In this document: in pieces, positions 19,623 through 29,721 of the stretch
Position numbering within the stretch: the first letter of the stretch is position 1
Layout of the letters: each line of letters starts with the position of its first letter
DNA from: Nannocystales bacterium
Lineage (GTDB): Bacteria; Myxococcota_A; Polyangia; Nannocystales; Nannocystaceae
NCBI GenBank assembly: GCA_050633305.1
Contig: JBOEGF010000027.1
Span: 127,403-191,402 of the forward strand
DNA length: 64,000 bases
Reading direction: 5' to 3'
Notes under the pieces: model-generated
Seen by the model: the letters and a program-made list of their open reading frames with translations, nothing else
Told to the model about the DNA's origin: nothing
The model's database searches: none
Translations under genes and position numbers: made by a program

Positions 19623-20111
19623 TCACCCGCTGGGAAGGAACACGGAGAACACGAAGTCCTCCCCGCCACCATGGCAGCCGATACAATCATCGGGTCGTTT
19701 CGACGTGAGCGGAGCACGATCGCCGTCGACCTGGGCCCATGCCCAACCGCCCTCGCTCTTCGCCATGACCTGGACGAGAAAAGGATCGGGCGCGTCCTCA
19801 CTCTCGTAGCTTTCGCACACCGCAGCGACGCCCTCAGGCCACGCATCCAGCGCGCCCTCGCCGAAGAACGCATCCAGCAGTACGGGGTGCAGATAGACCT
19901 CGACCCACGGCCCGTGGGCTCCGGATGCTTGGCGGCGGCGCGGCAGGTCCGCAGAGGTCGGCGGCGCGTCCCATGCTTTGTATCCATCCGACTCGACCGA
20001 ACCCACAAGCGCCAGCGCGGAGTCGTCTCCTAGCGAGACCCGCTCCGGCGAATCGGCCAAGCATCCGAGCAAGAGCGCTCCGCTGAGGCACGCTGAGGCG
20101 AGCAGCCGCAC
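19623..20111 (-). CDS. Cytochrome P460/c'-beta family lipoprotein
   Basis: Y..W, HG..VEVY, WPEG..V.E, VMAK..GGWAW, C-terminal CIGCH...DFVFS; GTG start 6 nt after TACGCT. Confidence 0.8.
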   Translation of the reverse strand: MRLLASACLSGALLLGCLADSPERVSLGDDSALALVGSVESDGYKAWDAPPTSADLPRRRQASGAHGPWVEVYLHPVLLDAFFGEGALDAWPEGVAAVCESYESEDAPDPFLVQVMAKSEGGWAWAQVDGDRAPLTSKRPDDCIGCHGGGEDFVFSVFLPSG

Positions 20112-20139
20112 GAGTGCAGCGTACGTGGTAGACGGGCGC

Positions 20140-21450
20140 ATGGCCAAGGGTCCCTCGGCGCGCCGCGTTGCGGTCCGCGTCCTTCAAGACGTCGAGCGCG
20201 GCACGGGGTTCAGCAACCGCGCGCTGTCCAGGCAACTCGAGCGCCATCCAGGAATGGATCCGCGCGACCGTGGTCTCACCACGACCCTGGTCTACGGGGT
20301 GCTCCGCCACAGATCGCGGCTCGATGCCCACATCGACACCCACGCCAAACGTCCCAAGGGCCTCAAAGGGGAGACCCGGCAGGTCTTGAGGATCGCAACC
20401 TACGAGATGCTGGACCTTGGCCGCTCCCCTGCGATCGCGATCAGTGAGGCCCTTCGCGCGCTCCAGAAGGCCGGGCCACTCAAAGGGGCCGCACAGGCGA
20501 TTCTCGGGGCTGTCGGTCGGGAAGGTCCCGCACTCCAAGAACGCTGGGCCGCGGGAAAACCGCTCGCTGTCCTCGACCGTCGCTGGTCGATCCCACGGTG
20601 GCTCGGCGGGCGTTGGATCAAGACCCTCGGCGCAGAGGCGGCGATACAACGCGCGACGATCTTGGCCGAGCCCCCCCCGGTCGACCTGCGGGTCGACCTC
20701 GGCCGTATCAGCGCCGACGATGCTGTCACCCGGCTCGAATCGGAGCATCCAGGCATCGAGATCAGCCGCGTCCCGGACCAACCCCAGGCCCTACGGACGC
20801 GAGGCGGCGGCGACCTCTTCTTCGGCCCGATGCACGGCGAAGGCCTGATCTCCGTGCAAGGCCTCGCCGCGCAGCAAGCCGCGCTCGCCCTGCAACCTCA
20901 ACCGGGCATGCGCGTCCTCGATGCGTGCGCTGGCCTGGGCGTCAAGACGCTGCAGCTCGCGGAGCTGATGGACGGCCGCGGGACAATCGTTGCGGCCGAC
21001 CTCGACCCGCGCCAGATCGAAGAGGCCCTGGCCCAAGTCGGACGTGGGCGACTTGCGAATGAAGAACTCACGCTCACGCACGTCGAAGCCGACCTTGCGG
21101 GCGACCACCCCGATCTCGACGATTCTCCGTTCGACGCCGTGCTGCTCGACGTGCCGTGTACGGGGCTGGGCAACCTCGCACGACACCCGGAGATCCGCTG
21201 GAACCGAAGCTACGAGGACATCGGGTCCCGCGCTGAGCTACAGCAACAACTCCTACGCCGCAACTTGGCACGGGTCCGCTCCGGTGGAGCCCTCGTGTAT
21301 GCCGTGTGCAGCTTTGCTCCCGAGGAGGGCCCAGACATCGTCGAGACCGTCGTCTCGGACGGCTCGGCCACACTGGAGGTCTCTCGCACCTGGACACCCG
21401 AGGGGGATCAGACCGAGGGGTTCTACGTTGCTCGACTGCGACGGCCCTGA
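20140..21450 (+). CDS. rsmB: 16S rRNA m5C967 methyltransferase (NusB-like + RsmB domains)
   Basis: LVYGVLRH, VLDACAGLGVKT, DVPCTGLG..RHPEIRW, YAVCS, EGFYVARL. Confidence 0.9.
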   Translation: MAKGPSARRVAVRVLQDVERGTGFSNRALSRQLERHPGMDPRDRGLTTTLVYGVLRHRSRLDAHIDTHAKRPKGLKGETRQVLRIATYEMLDLGRSPAIAISEALRALQKAGPLKGAAQAILGAVGREGPALQERWAAGKPLAVLDRRWSIPRWLGGRWIKTLGAEAAIQRATILAEPPPVDLRVDLGRISADDAVTRLESEHPGIEISRVPDQPQALRTRGGGDLFFGPMHGEGLISVQGLAAQQAALALQPQPGMRVLDACAGLGVKTLQLAELMDGRGTIVAADLDPRQIEEALAQVGRGRLANEELTLTHVEADLAGDHPDLDDSPFDAVLLDVPCTGLGNLARHPEIRWNRSYEDIGSRAELQQQLLRRNLARVRSGGALVYAVCSFAPEEGPDIVETVVSDGSATLEVSRTWTPEGDQTEGFYVARLRRP

Positions 21451-21525
21451 GGCGTTCCCCACCGCGGAGGTTCGGGGTACTGTTCCGCCTCGCATGCCGC
21501 GGTCATTTCAGGAGGGTCCACGCTG

Positions 21526-22482
21526 ATGGGCGTGTGGTTGCTCCCCGCGGTCATGTTGTTGGGCGGCCTCGTGTTGCTCGCGACCGCAGCCGACCGGTTT
21601 GTGCTCTCCGCTGCGCGCCTTTCCAAGGTTTGGGGGGTCTCTCCGATCCTCATCGGCGCACTCGTCGTGGGCATGGGTACGTCCTCGCCCGAGCTGCTCG
21701 TATCCGTGCTCGCGGCGCTCTCCGGTGAAGTCGACCTCGCGGTGGGCAACGCCGTCGGGTCCAACGTCGCCAACGTCACCCTCGTGCTTGGCGCGACCGC
21801 GGTCCTCGCCCCTCTCACCGGCAGCCTCCGGGTGCTACGCCGCGAAGGCATCCTGATGTTCCTCGCCGTGTGCGCCTTCGCAGTGGCGGTCTACGATCTC
21901 GAGCTGCAACGCTTTGAAGGCGTGATCCTTCTGTCGTCGATGGCCCTCGCAGCCTTCCTCGTCGTTCGTTGGGCCCGCGCGGATCAGAAGGCTGGCTTGG
22001 CTGCCCCCGACGACGACGACACCGACGTCAGCGAGATCAGCAAGCCGAAAGAGATCGGGATGGGCGTGCTCGCCTTGCTCCTGACGCTGCTCGGCGCAGA
22101 ACTCCTCGTTCGCGGAGGGACCGACCTGGCGTCCCACATGGGCGTGGACTCTGCGTTCGTCGGCCTCACGCTCGTCGCCGTCGGCACCTCGCTCCCCGAG
22201 CTCGCCACCTCGATCGCAGGTGTGCGTCGGGGCGAGCACGACATGGTCATCGGCAACGTCGTCGGGTCGAACCTGTTCAATGCCCTCGCGGTGGCCGGAG
22301 TCGCAGGCACCCTCGGGCCCGGCCCCATCGACCCGAGCTTTCGCCTCGCGAGCCTTGTGATGGTCGGATGCGCCGCCCTCGCAGGTCTGCTCGCGTTCAC
22401 GGGACGCGAGCTGGTGCGCTGGGAAGGCATCCTGCTGATGTTCGGCTTCGCCGGGTTCGTCTGGTTGAGCTACATCGGGTAG
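21526..22482 (+). CDS. Ca2+/Na+ antiporter (YrbG/CaCA family)
   Basis: GTSSPE...GNAVGSN and GTSLPE...GNVVGSN alpha repeats; SD AGGAGG. Confidence 0.93.
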   Translation: MGVWLLPAVMLLGGLVLLATAADRFVLSAARLSKVWGVSPILIGALVVGMGTSSPELLVSVLAALSGEVDLAVGNAVGSNVANVTLVLGATAVLAPLTGSLRVLRREGILMFLAVCAFAVAVYDLELQRFEGVILLSSMALAAFLVVRWARADQKAGLAAPDDDDTDVSEISKPKEIGMGVLALLLTLLGAELLVRGGTDLASHMGVDSAFVGLTLVAVGTSLPELATSIAGVRRGEHDMVIGNVVGSNLFNALAVAGVAGTLGPGPIDPSFRLASLVMVGCAALAGLLAFTGRELVRWEGILLMFGFAGFVWLSYIG

Positions 22483-22492
22483 CTTCCGCCAC

Positions 22493-23191
22493 ATGGCTGC
22501 CCAGGCCCCTCGAATCGCGCCGTCGATCCTCAGCGCTGACTTCGCCCGACTCGGGGAAGAAGTTCGCGCCATCGACGAGGGCGGCGCCGACTGGATTCAC
22601 GTCGACGTCATGGACGGCCGCTTCGTCCCCAACCTGACGATCGGCCCGGGGATCGTGAAGGCGCTTCGGCCCCACACCACCAAGACGATGGACTGCCACC
22701 TGATGATCGTCGAGCCCGAGAAGTACGTGGCCGACTTCGCGTCCGCGGGGGCCGACATCATCACGGTTCACGTCGAGGCATGCCCGCACCTACATCGTAA
22801 CCTCCAGCAGATTCGCGCCCTGCCCCACCACGCGGGACAACGTGTCCTGGCCGGCGTCAGCCTCAACCCGCACACGCCGGTCGAGTCGGTCCTGCACGTC
22901 CTCCCGCTGTGCGACCTCGTGCTCATCATGAGCGTGAACCCAGGCTTTGGCGGACAGTCCTTCATTGAGGAGGTTCGGCCGAAGATTCGAGCCCTGCGCG
23001 CGGCGATCGATGCCCAGGGATTGAGCACGACCATTCAAGTCGATGGAGGCGTCAGCGACCTCAACGTCGCCGAGATCGCCGGCGACGGCGCGGACTGCTT
23101 CGTGGCGGGCAGCGCCGTGTTCCGCAATCCCCGGCACCCAGACGACTACGCCGGAGCGATCAAAGCCATCCGCTCGGCCGCGAGCCGCTGA
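22493..23191 (+). CDS. rpe: Ribulose-phosphate 3-epimerase
   Basis: IAPSILSADF, HVDVMDGRFVPN, MSVNPGFGGQSF, VDGGV, VAGSA. Confidence 0.97.
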   Translation: MAAQAPRIAPSILSADFARLGEEVRAIDEGGADWIHVDVMDGRFVPNLTIGPGIVKALRPHTTKTMDCHLMIVEPEKYVADFASAGADIITVHVEACPHLHRNLQQIRALPHHAGQRVLAGVSLNPHTPVESVLHVLPLCDLVLIMSVNPGFGGQSFIEEVRPKIRALRAAIDAQGLSTTIQVDGGVSDLNVAEIAGDGADCFVAGSAVFRNPRHPDDYAGAIKAIRSAASR

Positions 23192-23268
23192 GACCGTCGG
23201 CTTCTGATTCGCGTCGTTTTTCGCTTGCCAAAGTGACCGAAGCAGCATTACAAACTTCGCGGTCACAC

Positions 23269-23340
23269 GGCCCCATCGTTCAGCGGTTAGGACGCGAGGT
23301 TTTCATCCTTGAAACCAGGGTTCGATTCCCTGTGGGGTCA
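23269..23340 (+). tRNA. tRNA-Glu (TTC), CCA not encoded
   Basis: Cloverleaf: GGCCCCA/TGGGGTC acceptor stem, CGAGG-TTTTCAT-CCTTG anticodon arm, CAGGG-TTCGATT-CCCTG T arm. Confidence 0.95.
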
Positions 23341-23346
23341 CTTTTT

Positions 23347-23386
23347 GAAGAGCCGAGGCGTACACGCTCTCGGCTTTTCTCTTTTC
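23347..23386 (+). terminator. Intrinsic terminator after tRNA-Glu
   Basis: aagagccgag...ctcggctttt stem followed by a T-rich tail. Confidence 0.75.
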
Positions 23387-23516
23387 GTAGTGACCATCAG
23401 CCGGAGCAGCGTTCGCCCGGGCTGGCACCCGCCGAACCCCGCCCCGCCTCCCACGCGACCACTGCCCCCCGCGCTCACCAAGGTTCCACCGTCCCAGCAG
23501 GCAGCGAGTTGCAGAG

Positions 23517-26500
23517 TCATCGGTGAGAATCCGGTGCCTCTCCGCCGGTGCTCTTCGCTTCTCCCTCGTCACTCCGCGAAGCCGTGGTTCCACGCGCGGC
23601 AGGCTCCTCGGGCACCAGCTCTCGGGCCTGATCGGTCAACGCCTCCGCCCTCCTGCGATCGCTGGACTGCAACACCCCAGCGAGAGCCAAGAGTCCTTGT
23701 GCGTGGATCTTCGGAGGCAGTCCTTTCCTCGCCGCCGCGAGTCCCTGTTCGAGGATGGGCTGACCTTCATCGCAGCGGTTCAACCCGCATAGGGCCTCTC
23801 CGAGGCGCAGCTGGCTCACCACGATCATCGAGTGGCCCTCGGGATAAACCCGGGTCCGGATCGCGAGCGCCCGACGATGCATACGTTCCGCTTCTGCGAC
23901 GTCGCTTTCGAGCATGGAGAGCACGCCGAGGTTGTTCAGAACGTTGGCCGTCCGTCGTTCACCGTCGGGGAAGGTCTTCTCGAGCGCCTCGAGGGCGCGG
24001 GTGTAGTGTTGACGCGCCTCCTCCATCCGACCCAGGCGGCGCAAGACCATGCCGGTTGCGGTCTGCGCACTCGCGACTGTGGGGTGGTCGGGGCCCAGCT
24101 CGGCAGTGAGGATCCGAAGAACCTCGCGGTCCAGCGAGAGGGCGGTTGGGTAGTCTCCAAGACGAACCGAGGCAAGTGCGAGGCTCTTTCGGTATTTGGC
24201 CGACACCGTCGTATCGGGGCCACTCGCGGCGTCGCTGATCGAGACAGCCTGTTCGAAGAGCCTGCGGGCATCCGTGAACCGTTGTTGCTTCATCCGCAGT
24301 TGCCCGCGGTTGTTTAGACTCCGAGCATACAATGGGTGCGATTTTCCACTGGTCAACGCGTGCACTCGGAGACCCCGCTCCATGAGGATGTCGGCGCGCT
24401 CGAGTTCGCGGAGACGCATGTGGGCGATCGCCAACGTCTCGGCCGCGACGCCAACCTCGGGATGGTCGGGGCCGAGTTCGTGCTCGAGGATGTCGAGCGC
24501 TCGCCGTAGAAGGTCCTGGCCCTTGGCGTTCTCACTCTGTTCGAGGGCGAGCGTACCTTGCCCGGAAAAGACAACACCGAGCGGGCGGAGGTCGGTATCG
24601 GCCAGCGTTCGCGCGAGTCCCTCGGCGGTGGCCAACTCGTCCGCTGCTGCGTCGTAGTCTCCGCGCGAGCGAGCCAGGCTCGCAAGTCGAGTATGAACGA
24701 ACACCGCCAGCTCTGGTGTCTCCCCACGGTCCAGACGCGCCACCGCCACCCGACTGAATCGTCCCCAGACCTCTGCGACCTCGAAGTTCGCTCGATTGGT
24801 ATGGGCGACCAACAGCTCCATCGCGGCGCTTGCGGCGATCCTCTCGTGGCCGACTTCACCGGCGCGCTCGGCTGCGTTCTCGAGCATCACGAGGTCCGCT
24901 GTTCCATCGTCCCCACGGGCCGCGAACGCACCGGTCCAATACATCGCCTCCACGGTGAGCGGGGCGTAGCCGAGCGCTTCGGCTCGCTCCAGGACGGCGC
25001 CTGCGAGCGCCGCCCCTCCCTTGAACTCTCCGGCCGCTGCCAAGACGTCGGCCTCGGCCAGCTCCGCTCGCAGCGCGCCGACGCTCGACCGCTCATCGAC
25101 GTCGTTGGGCAGGTCGAGTCGACGCAGCAACCCGCTGTGGTCGAGACACGATTCGACCGCATCGAGGCGCCCAACGATTTCGAGCGCCCGCAGGACCACA
25201 GCTCCCTCCGGTTCGCTCAAGACCTTGGTCACGGCACCGAAGGAACGGCTGCGGTCGTCGAGGCAGTCCTCCATACGGCCCCATAGCTCCTCTGAGAGGG
25301 TCTGACGGACACGTGCCGCCTCGCACTGCCGGACACGGACTTCTGACCAGCGCTTCGCGTATGCGTCGAGTTCGTCCAGGGCGCGTCGGCTAGTCTCCGT
25401 TGGGGATCCATCGGGCTGCAGCCCGGCTTCGACCAACGGGCGCCGCCGCGTCCACGCAGCCACCACCGTGTTTCCCTCCTCCACGCATGCCGTCAGTCGT
25501 GCTTCGCGGTCGACCCACCACCATCCACCGACGCCCAGACTCGCCACGACCGCGCCGCCTCCCACCCATCGCCACGGACGGCGTCGGGTGGCGCGCTCGA
25601 GCGCGTCCAGCAGCGCCCGCATGGAGGGCCACCTCTGAGTCGGGTCGACGCTCAAGCCGCGCCGCAGCGCACGGCGGAGCGCCTTCGGAACTCCAGGTCG
25701 AGCGGTCTGCGTCGGCTCTCGGACCCGCCCCGAGCGCACCGCCTCGGAGAGTTCTTCGAAGCTGTTTCCAGCGAACGGCCGTTGGCCGTAGAGAGCCTCG
25801 TGAAGGACAACACAGAAGCTGAACTGGTCGCTGCGCTCGTCCGCTGGCTCCCCGCGGTATTGCTCGGGCGACATATAATGGGGCGTCCCCACGAGCGCCC
25901 CATTGACGGTGAGTGTGGTCATCCAGACCGAGCGATCCACCAGGGCTGGACCGGTCTCCCCGATGCGACCGCGGGCCAGGCCGAAGTCGAGCACCCGTAC
26001 CCGACCGTCGGCTCCGATCATCGCGTTGTCCGGCTTGAAGTCGCGATGGACGATGCCCGCATCGTGGGCAGCAACGAGGCCGCGAGCGGCCTGTGCGAGG
26101 GTACTGAGGACTTCGGTTGCTGCGTGCGGACCGTCGGCCATCCACGCGCTCAAGGTCGGGCCGTCGATGAGTTCGAGCGCGATGAAGACCTGCTGGTCGA
26201 CCCGCCCCACGTCGTGGACGGCAACAACGTTGGGGTGCGCGAGCTGAGCCATCGCCTGCGCCTCTCGGAGCAGTCGCGTTTGTTCTTCGGCCAGGCTTCG
26301 GTGCAGTAACTTGAGGGCGATGTCGCGGTCGAGCTGTGGGTCGTGGGCGGCGTAGACCGTTCCCATGCCACCGTGTCCCAGCCAATGGATGATCTCGTAG
26401 CGGCCTACGCGAGAACCGGGGCGCAGGAGGTCCACCGTGTGCGGGCCGTGAGCTCCCGGTTCCTCATGCCCGAGAGCTTCCCCGTGTTCGCTCCCCGCGG

Positions 26501-26657
26501 AGCGGGCCATCGCGGCGACGAGAGCCAAGCACGCGGGACAGCCGTCGACGTGGGAATCGACGGCCGCACGGTCCTCATCGGAGAGCTGGCCGTCGACGAA
26601 CGCCACCACCGTGGTGTCATCGAGGCACTCCCGGCGGTGTGAGGTCCACGATGCCAC
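23517..26657 (-). CDS. Ser/Thr kinase with N-terminal zinc-finger anti-sigma-like domain, TM and TPRs
   Basis: ECLDD...SHVDGCPAC (HxxxCxxC); GHGGMGTVY, HRDFKPDN, DFG, GTPHYMSPEQ; LGPDHP TPRs; GTG 6 nt after TACACT. Confidence 0.92.
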   Translation of the reverse strand: MASWTSHRRECLDDTTVVAFVDGQLSDEDRAAVDSHVDGCPACLALVAAMARSAGSEHGEALGHEEPGAHGPHTVDLLRPGSRVGRYEIIHWLGHGGMGTVYAAHDPQLDRDIALKLLHRSLAEEQTRLLREAQAMAQLAHPNVVAVHDVGRVDQQVFIALELIDGPTLSAWMADGPHAATEVLSTLAQAARGLVAAHDAGIVHRDFKPDNAMIGADGRVRVLDFGLARGRIGETGPALVDRSVWMTTLTVNGALVGTPHYMSPEQYRGEPADERSDQFSFCVVLHEALYGQRPFAGNSFEELSEAVRSGRVREPTQTARPGVPKALRRALRRGLSVDPTQRWPSMRALLDALERATRRRPWRWVGGGAVVASLGVGGWWWVDREARLTACVEEGNTVVAAWTRRRPLVEAGLQPDGSPTETSRRALDELDAYAKRWSEVRVRQCEAARVRQTLSEELWGRMEDCLDDRSRSFGAVTKVLSEPEGAVVLRALEIVGRLDAVESCLDHSGLLRRLDLPNDVDERSSVGALRAELAEADVLAAAGEFKGGAALAGAVLERAEALGYAPLTVEAMYWTGAFAARGDDGTADLVMLENAAERAGEVGHERIAASAAMELLVAHTNRANFEVAEVWGRFSRVAVARLDRGETPELAVFVHTRLASLARSRGDYDAAADELATAEGLARTLADTDLRPLGVVFSGQGTLALEQSENAKGQDLLRRALDILEHELGPDHPEVGVAAETLAIAHMRLRELERADILMERGLRVHALTSGKSHPLYARSLNNRGQLRMKQQRFTDARRLFEQAVSISDAASGPDTTVSAKYRKSLALASVRLGDYPTALSLDREVLRILTAELGPDHPTVASAQTATGMVLRRLGRMEEARQHYTRALEALEKTFPDGERRTANVLNNLGVLSMLESDVAEAERMHRRALAIRTRVYPEGHSMIVVSQLRLGEALCGLNRCDEGQPILEQGLAAARKGLPPKIHAQGLLALAGVLQSSDRRRAEALTDQARELVPEEPAARGTTASRSDEGEAKSTGGEAPDSHR

Positions 26658-26749
26658 GCGCGGAGTGTAGCCTGCGCCCACAGGCCTCACCTCTCCGCCG
26701 AATGCCTGGGCGAAGGGATGGTGTGTCGCCTCAGTGGTACGATGCTCGG

Positions 26750-27227
26750 GTGCATGAGGCGTTCTTAGCGGCGCTCCCGCAGGATTCGGGCTGGGCACCC
26801 GAAGTCCTCGAAGTGCTCCAGAACTCTCGTCGCTGCTCGAGCGCGGCGCGGGGGCGCATCCAGGCATACGCGGTGCCCCTGCGCTCTTCGCCGAGCGGCT
26901 CGGCCAGGTGGTCGCGGGCGACGGACTTCTGACGTGGTTGGACGTTCGGGAATATCTGCGCGGTGTCGACATCGAAGGCATCGACTTGGCCGCAGCGTGT
27001 GCCGCGGGGCAGGACTCTGCGATTCAACGGTTCGAGGAGCCCTATTTCCGAGCTCTCCCCGGCACGTTGCGCTCGATGGGCGCCCAGGCGACGGATAGCG
27101 ACGACGCGGTCTCCGCGGTGCGGGAGAAGTTGTTCGTTGCCCACGGTGACACCGATCGACCGCGGCACAGTCGGGGCTGGACGAGAGCTTCATTCGCCTG
27201 CTCAGCCACACCGCGACGGGCCAATAA
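26750..27227 (+). pseudogene. Disrupted Myxococcales-type sigma-70/ECF-like factor (frameshift plus large internal deletion)
   Basis: VHEAFLAALP...; frameshift near 26820 into ELSSLLERG..HPG..FAERL...DLAAACAAGQDSAIQRFE...VREKLFV..DRPR; then a jump near 27167 to a C-terminal QSGLDESFIRLL...TAA resembling the QSRIEISF end of the paralogue at 36493. Confidence 0.75.
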
Positions 27228-27236
27228 CCGCGCGCG

Positions 27237-28676
27237 TCACTTCGCGCGAATCCCTCGGAGCTGGATCGGTTCGGTCGAATCCTCGGCACGTTTGACCCGG
27301 GTCACCCGGCCCGACCAGGTCTCCCCCGTCAACCCGACATACGAGACCCACTCCTTGGCCTTGATCGCGCCCGCCTCACTCGTCGGGACGACCACCGGCT
27401 CTCGCTTCGTCCGCATGGTCTCCGTCTTGCCCGTCGGCTTGCAGCTTTGCTTGTAGTAGACCCGCCCGCCGTCGACCCGGTCGATGCGATTGGTGTCGTG
27501 GCAAGTCTCCGGCTTCCACGTCCGGACCTCATCAAAAAAATACAGGGTAGTGGTGTCGCCGGAGGCGACCTTCTTCTTGACGCGATAGGTGTATTGGACG
27601 AGCTTTCCGCGTCGGGGCGGCGGCAGCATTCGGTTCCAGGGGTCCTCCCGCTTGCTGAAGTCGAAGGGGTAAACATCGGCGAACTCCAGCGGTTCTACGT
27701 CTCCCGTCGCGGCGGTGGCGATGTCCTCGTCCAAGCCGTTCTTCATGCCCCTTTGCATGACCTCAAACGCGGTCCGATGCGTTCGGATGAGCCGGCGCTG
27801 CTGCTCGTCGACGTGATCCATGTACGTGCCTTCGGGGAGGTAAGGGAGTTCAGCCACGGCAGCAGGTACGTCGACACGGGAGATGTGGCTGAGGAATAGC
27901 TCCTTGGCGATGGCCCGGCCTACCGGGTCCTTCATGCAGGAAAACCCGCCGCAGCGTGCGACGTATGCCCGTCGCAAGTCCTCCAACGCGATGAGGGTCT
28001 CCTCCGAGACGCCATCACTACGCTGTGCCCTCGCGGCGGCGGCGATGGCCTCGAGAGGTCCGAGTGCTTCGGCGAACTCTGCCTGCTCTCGAACCCTGTC
28101 CTCGGCCAGGTCGTAGGGGGTGTCCAGATAGGTCGCCTTTTCGCCACCCTTCAGCGCGCGCACCACCGCCTCGATATTCTGGCGGGTGGTGTCCACCTCG
28201 TCCATGAACACCGTCTGCGCGGTGCTCGACACGCCGGCCTTCTTCACCGTGGCGAGGACCGCGTCACGGGCGAGCGTGCTCGAGTACCAGGCCAGTAACC
28301 CTGCGAGGTACTTTTCGTGGTCGTTCGGGTTCTGCGGTTGCAGTTTGCCGAGGCAACCGCTTGACCGCCCGCATTCCGCGAGCATGACCGCCACCGCGTA
28401 CGGATCCGCGTCCACGGGGTCCAGCCCGTACAGCCGCGGCGCGGTCTCGGACCAGGTGTTGTCCGCGCAAGCGATGGCTAAAATCTGGTGGTCATGCGGC
28501 CCCTCCAGCGGCACCACTGCGTCTCTTCGCTCGGTCCGAACGGGCGCGCATACCTCTCCGGCCAGACGCGTGCCTTCCACGTGTTCTTCCCCGGGTCGGA
28601 CAACCGTGAATAGAACCCCGCAGCCCGTGCTCAGCGCCAGGAGAACGGCGGGCAGGAAACAACGCAACATCTTCAC
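27237..28676 (-). CDS. Hypothetical lipoprotein
   Basis: LSTGC lipobox; 479-aa ORF with high-GC3 codons. Confidence 0.75.
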   Translation of the reverse strand: MKMLRCFLPAVLLALSTGCGVLFTVVRPGEEHVEGTRLAGEVCAPVRTERRDAVVPLEGPHDHQILAIACADNTWSETAPRLYGLDPVDADPYAVAVMLAECGRSSGCLGKLQPQNPNDHEKYLAGLLAWYSSTLARDAVLATVKKAGVSSTAQTVFMDEVDTTRQNIEAVVRALKGGEKATYLDTPYDLAEDRVREQAEFAEALGPLEAIAAAARAQRSDGVSEETLIALEDLRRAYVARCGGFSCMKDPVGRAIAKELFLSHISRVDVPAAVAELPYLPEGTYMDHVDEQQRRLIRTHRTAFEVMQRGMKNGLDEDIATAATGDVEPLEFADVYPFDFSKREDPWNRMLPPPRRGKLVQYTYRVKKKVASGDTTTLYFFDEVRTWKPETCHDTNRIDRVDGGRVYYKQSCKPTGKTETMRTKREPVVVPTSEAGAIKAKEWVSYVGLTGETWSGRVTRVKRAEDSTEPIQLRGIRAK

Positions 28677-28922
28677 GGCTCGCGATCACCGACCGCCGAG
28701 GGAGGTCGCGATTTTTCTCCGAAGAAACCCGCGACATCGCGCCATGCAACCACAGCGTGCTCGAAGCCGCGTGGCCCCTGGATGCGACCCCCCAACACCC
28801 CGAAGACCGTGGTCCGCCTCGCACCAGAGTCGGTGTCCGACTCCACGCAGCATGGTCTCCAAGGTGGCAGGGCTTCGGCAAGCGGGCGCGCCACCTCTTC
28901 GGCCGAGAGAGGTTGGAAGTGT

Positions 28923-29555
28923 TCAGTCTCGGACGTCGTCGATCACGCGCTGGAATTCCTCGATGGGGACAGCCCCCCGGAGTTCGCGCCCGTTGATGAA
29001 GAAGGTCGGGACCGCGCGCACGCCCTGATCGGTGCACAGTCGAGACTGTCGCTGCACCTCGGCCGCGGTCGCGGGGTCGCGCAGGTCTCGAGCGAAGCGC
29101 TCGGTGGCCAGACCGAGTCCGCGGGCGAGCGCAAGCGCGGACGCCTCGTCGACAACCTCTCCTTCGTAGAGTGCATCGTGCATCGACCAGAAGCGGCCCT
29201 GCCGCTGCGCCGCGACGCCCGCGCGAGCTCGCAGCTCTGCGTAGGCGTGCGAGCGAAGAGGCAGGTGCGCGTGGAAGAATGCAAGGTCTGGGTTGTCGAC
29301 GATCAGCGCGTCGACGGTGTGCCGGGCTCTCGCGCTGAACGGACACTGGAACTCCGAACACGCGACGATCGTCACCCGAGCGTCCCGCGGCAACGCCCCC
29401 TTGTGCGGTAGCCCCTCGGTGGGAACCCGGTCCCGAGCCGACACCGCATCGTCACGCTGGACACCGGTCCACACCAGTGTCGCACCGCCGAACATCAGTG
29501 CGCCCGCCACTGCACCCGAGACCAGTCCGCGAACCTTGGGAACGACCAACGCCAT
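28923..29555 (-). CDS. DsbA-like thioredoxin-fold protein (CPFS variant)
   Basis: N-terminal TM, KG...ARVTIV.CSEFQCPFS, HLPL, QGRFW.MHDAL, GVRAVPTFFING. Confidence 0.88.
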   Translation of the reverse strand: MALVVPKVRGLVSGAVAGALMFGGATLVWTGVQRDDAVSARDRVPTEGLPHKGALPRDARVTIVACSEFQCPFSARARHTVDALIVDNPDLAFFHAHLPLRSHAYAELRARAGVAAQRQGRFWSMHDALYEGEVVDEASALALARGLGLATERFARDLRDPATAAEVQRQSRLCTDQGVRAVPTFFINGRELRGAVPIEEFQRVIDDVRD

Positions 29556-29721
29556 AGGCCAATCGTACACCCCGGTCCTTCGTCGGTCATCCTGTGTCCC
29601 CGTCGGACACGTAGAGCACGTCGGTGGGTCGCGCCGACTTCCGGCCGCTTCGACCGGTTGTGCGTTGTGACAGACCTTCGAGCGAACTACGGCCGCGAGG
29701 CCGCACCGCGGGTGACGAGAC

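Noticed and set aside
23225..23256. Sigma70 promoter for tRNA-Glu (TTGCCA ... TACAAA)
   Set aside because: The -35 is plausible but the -10 and spacing are poor; not supportable as a feature.
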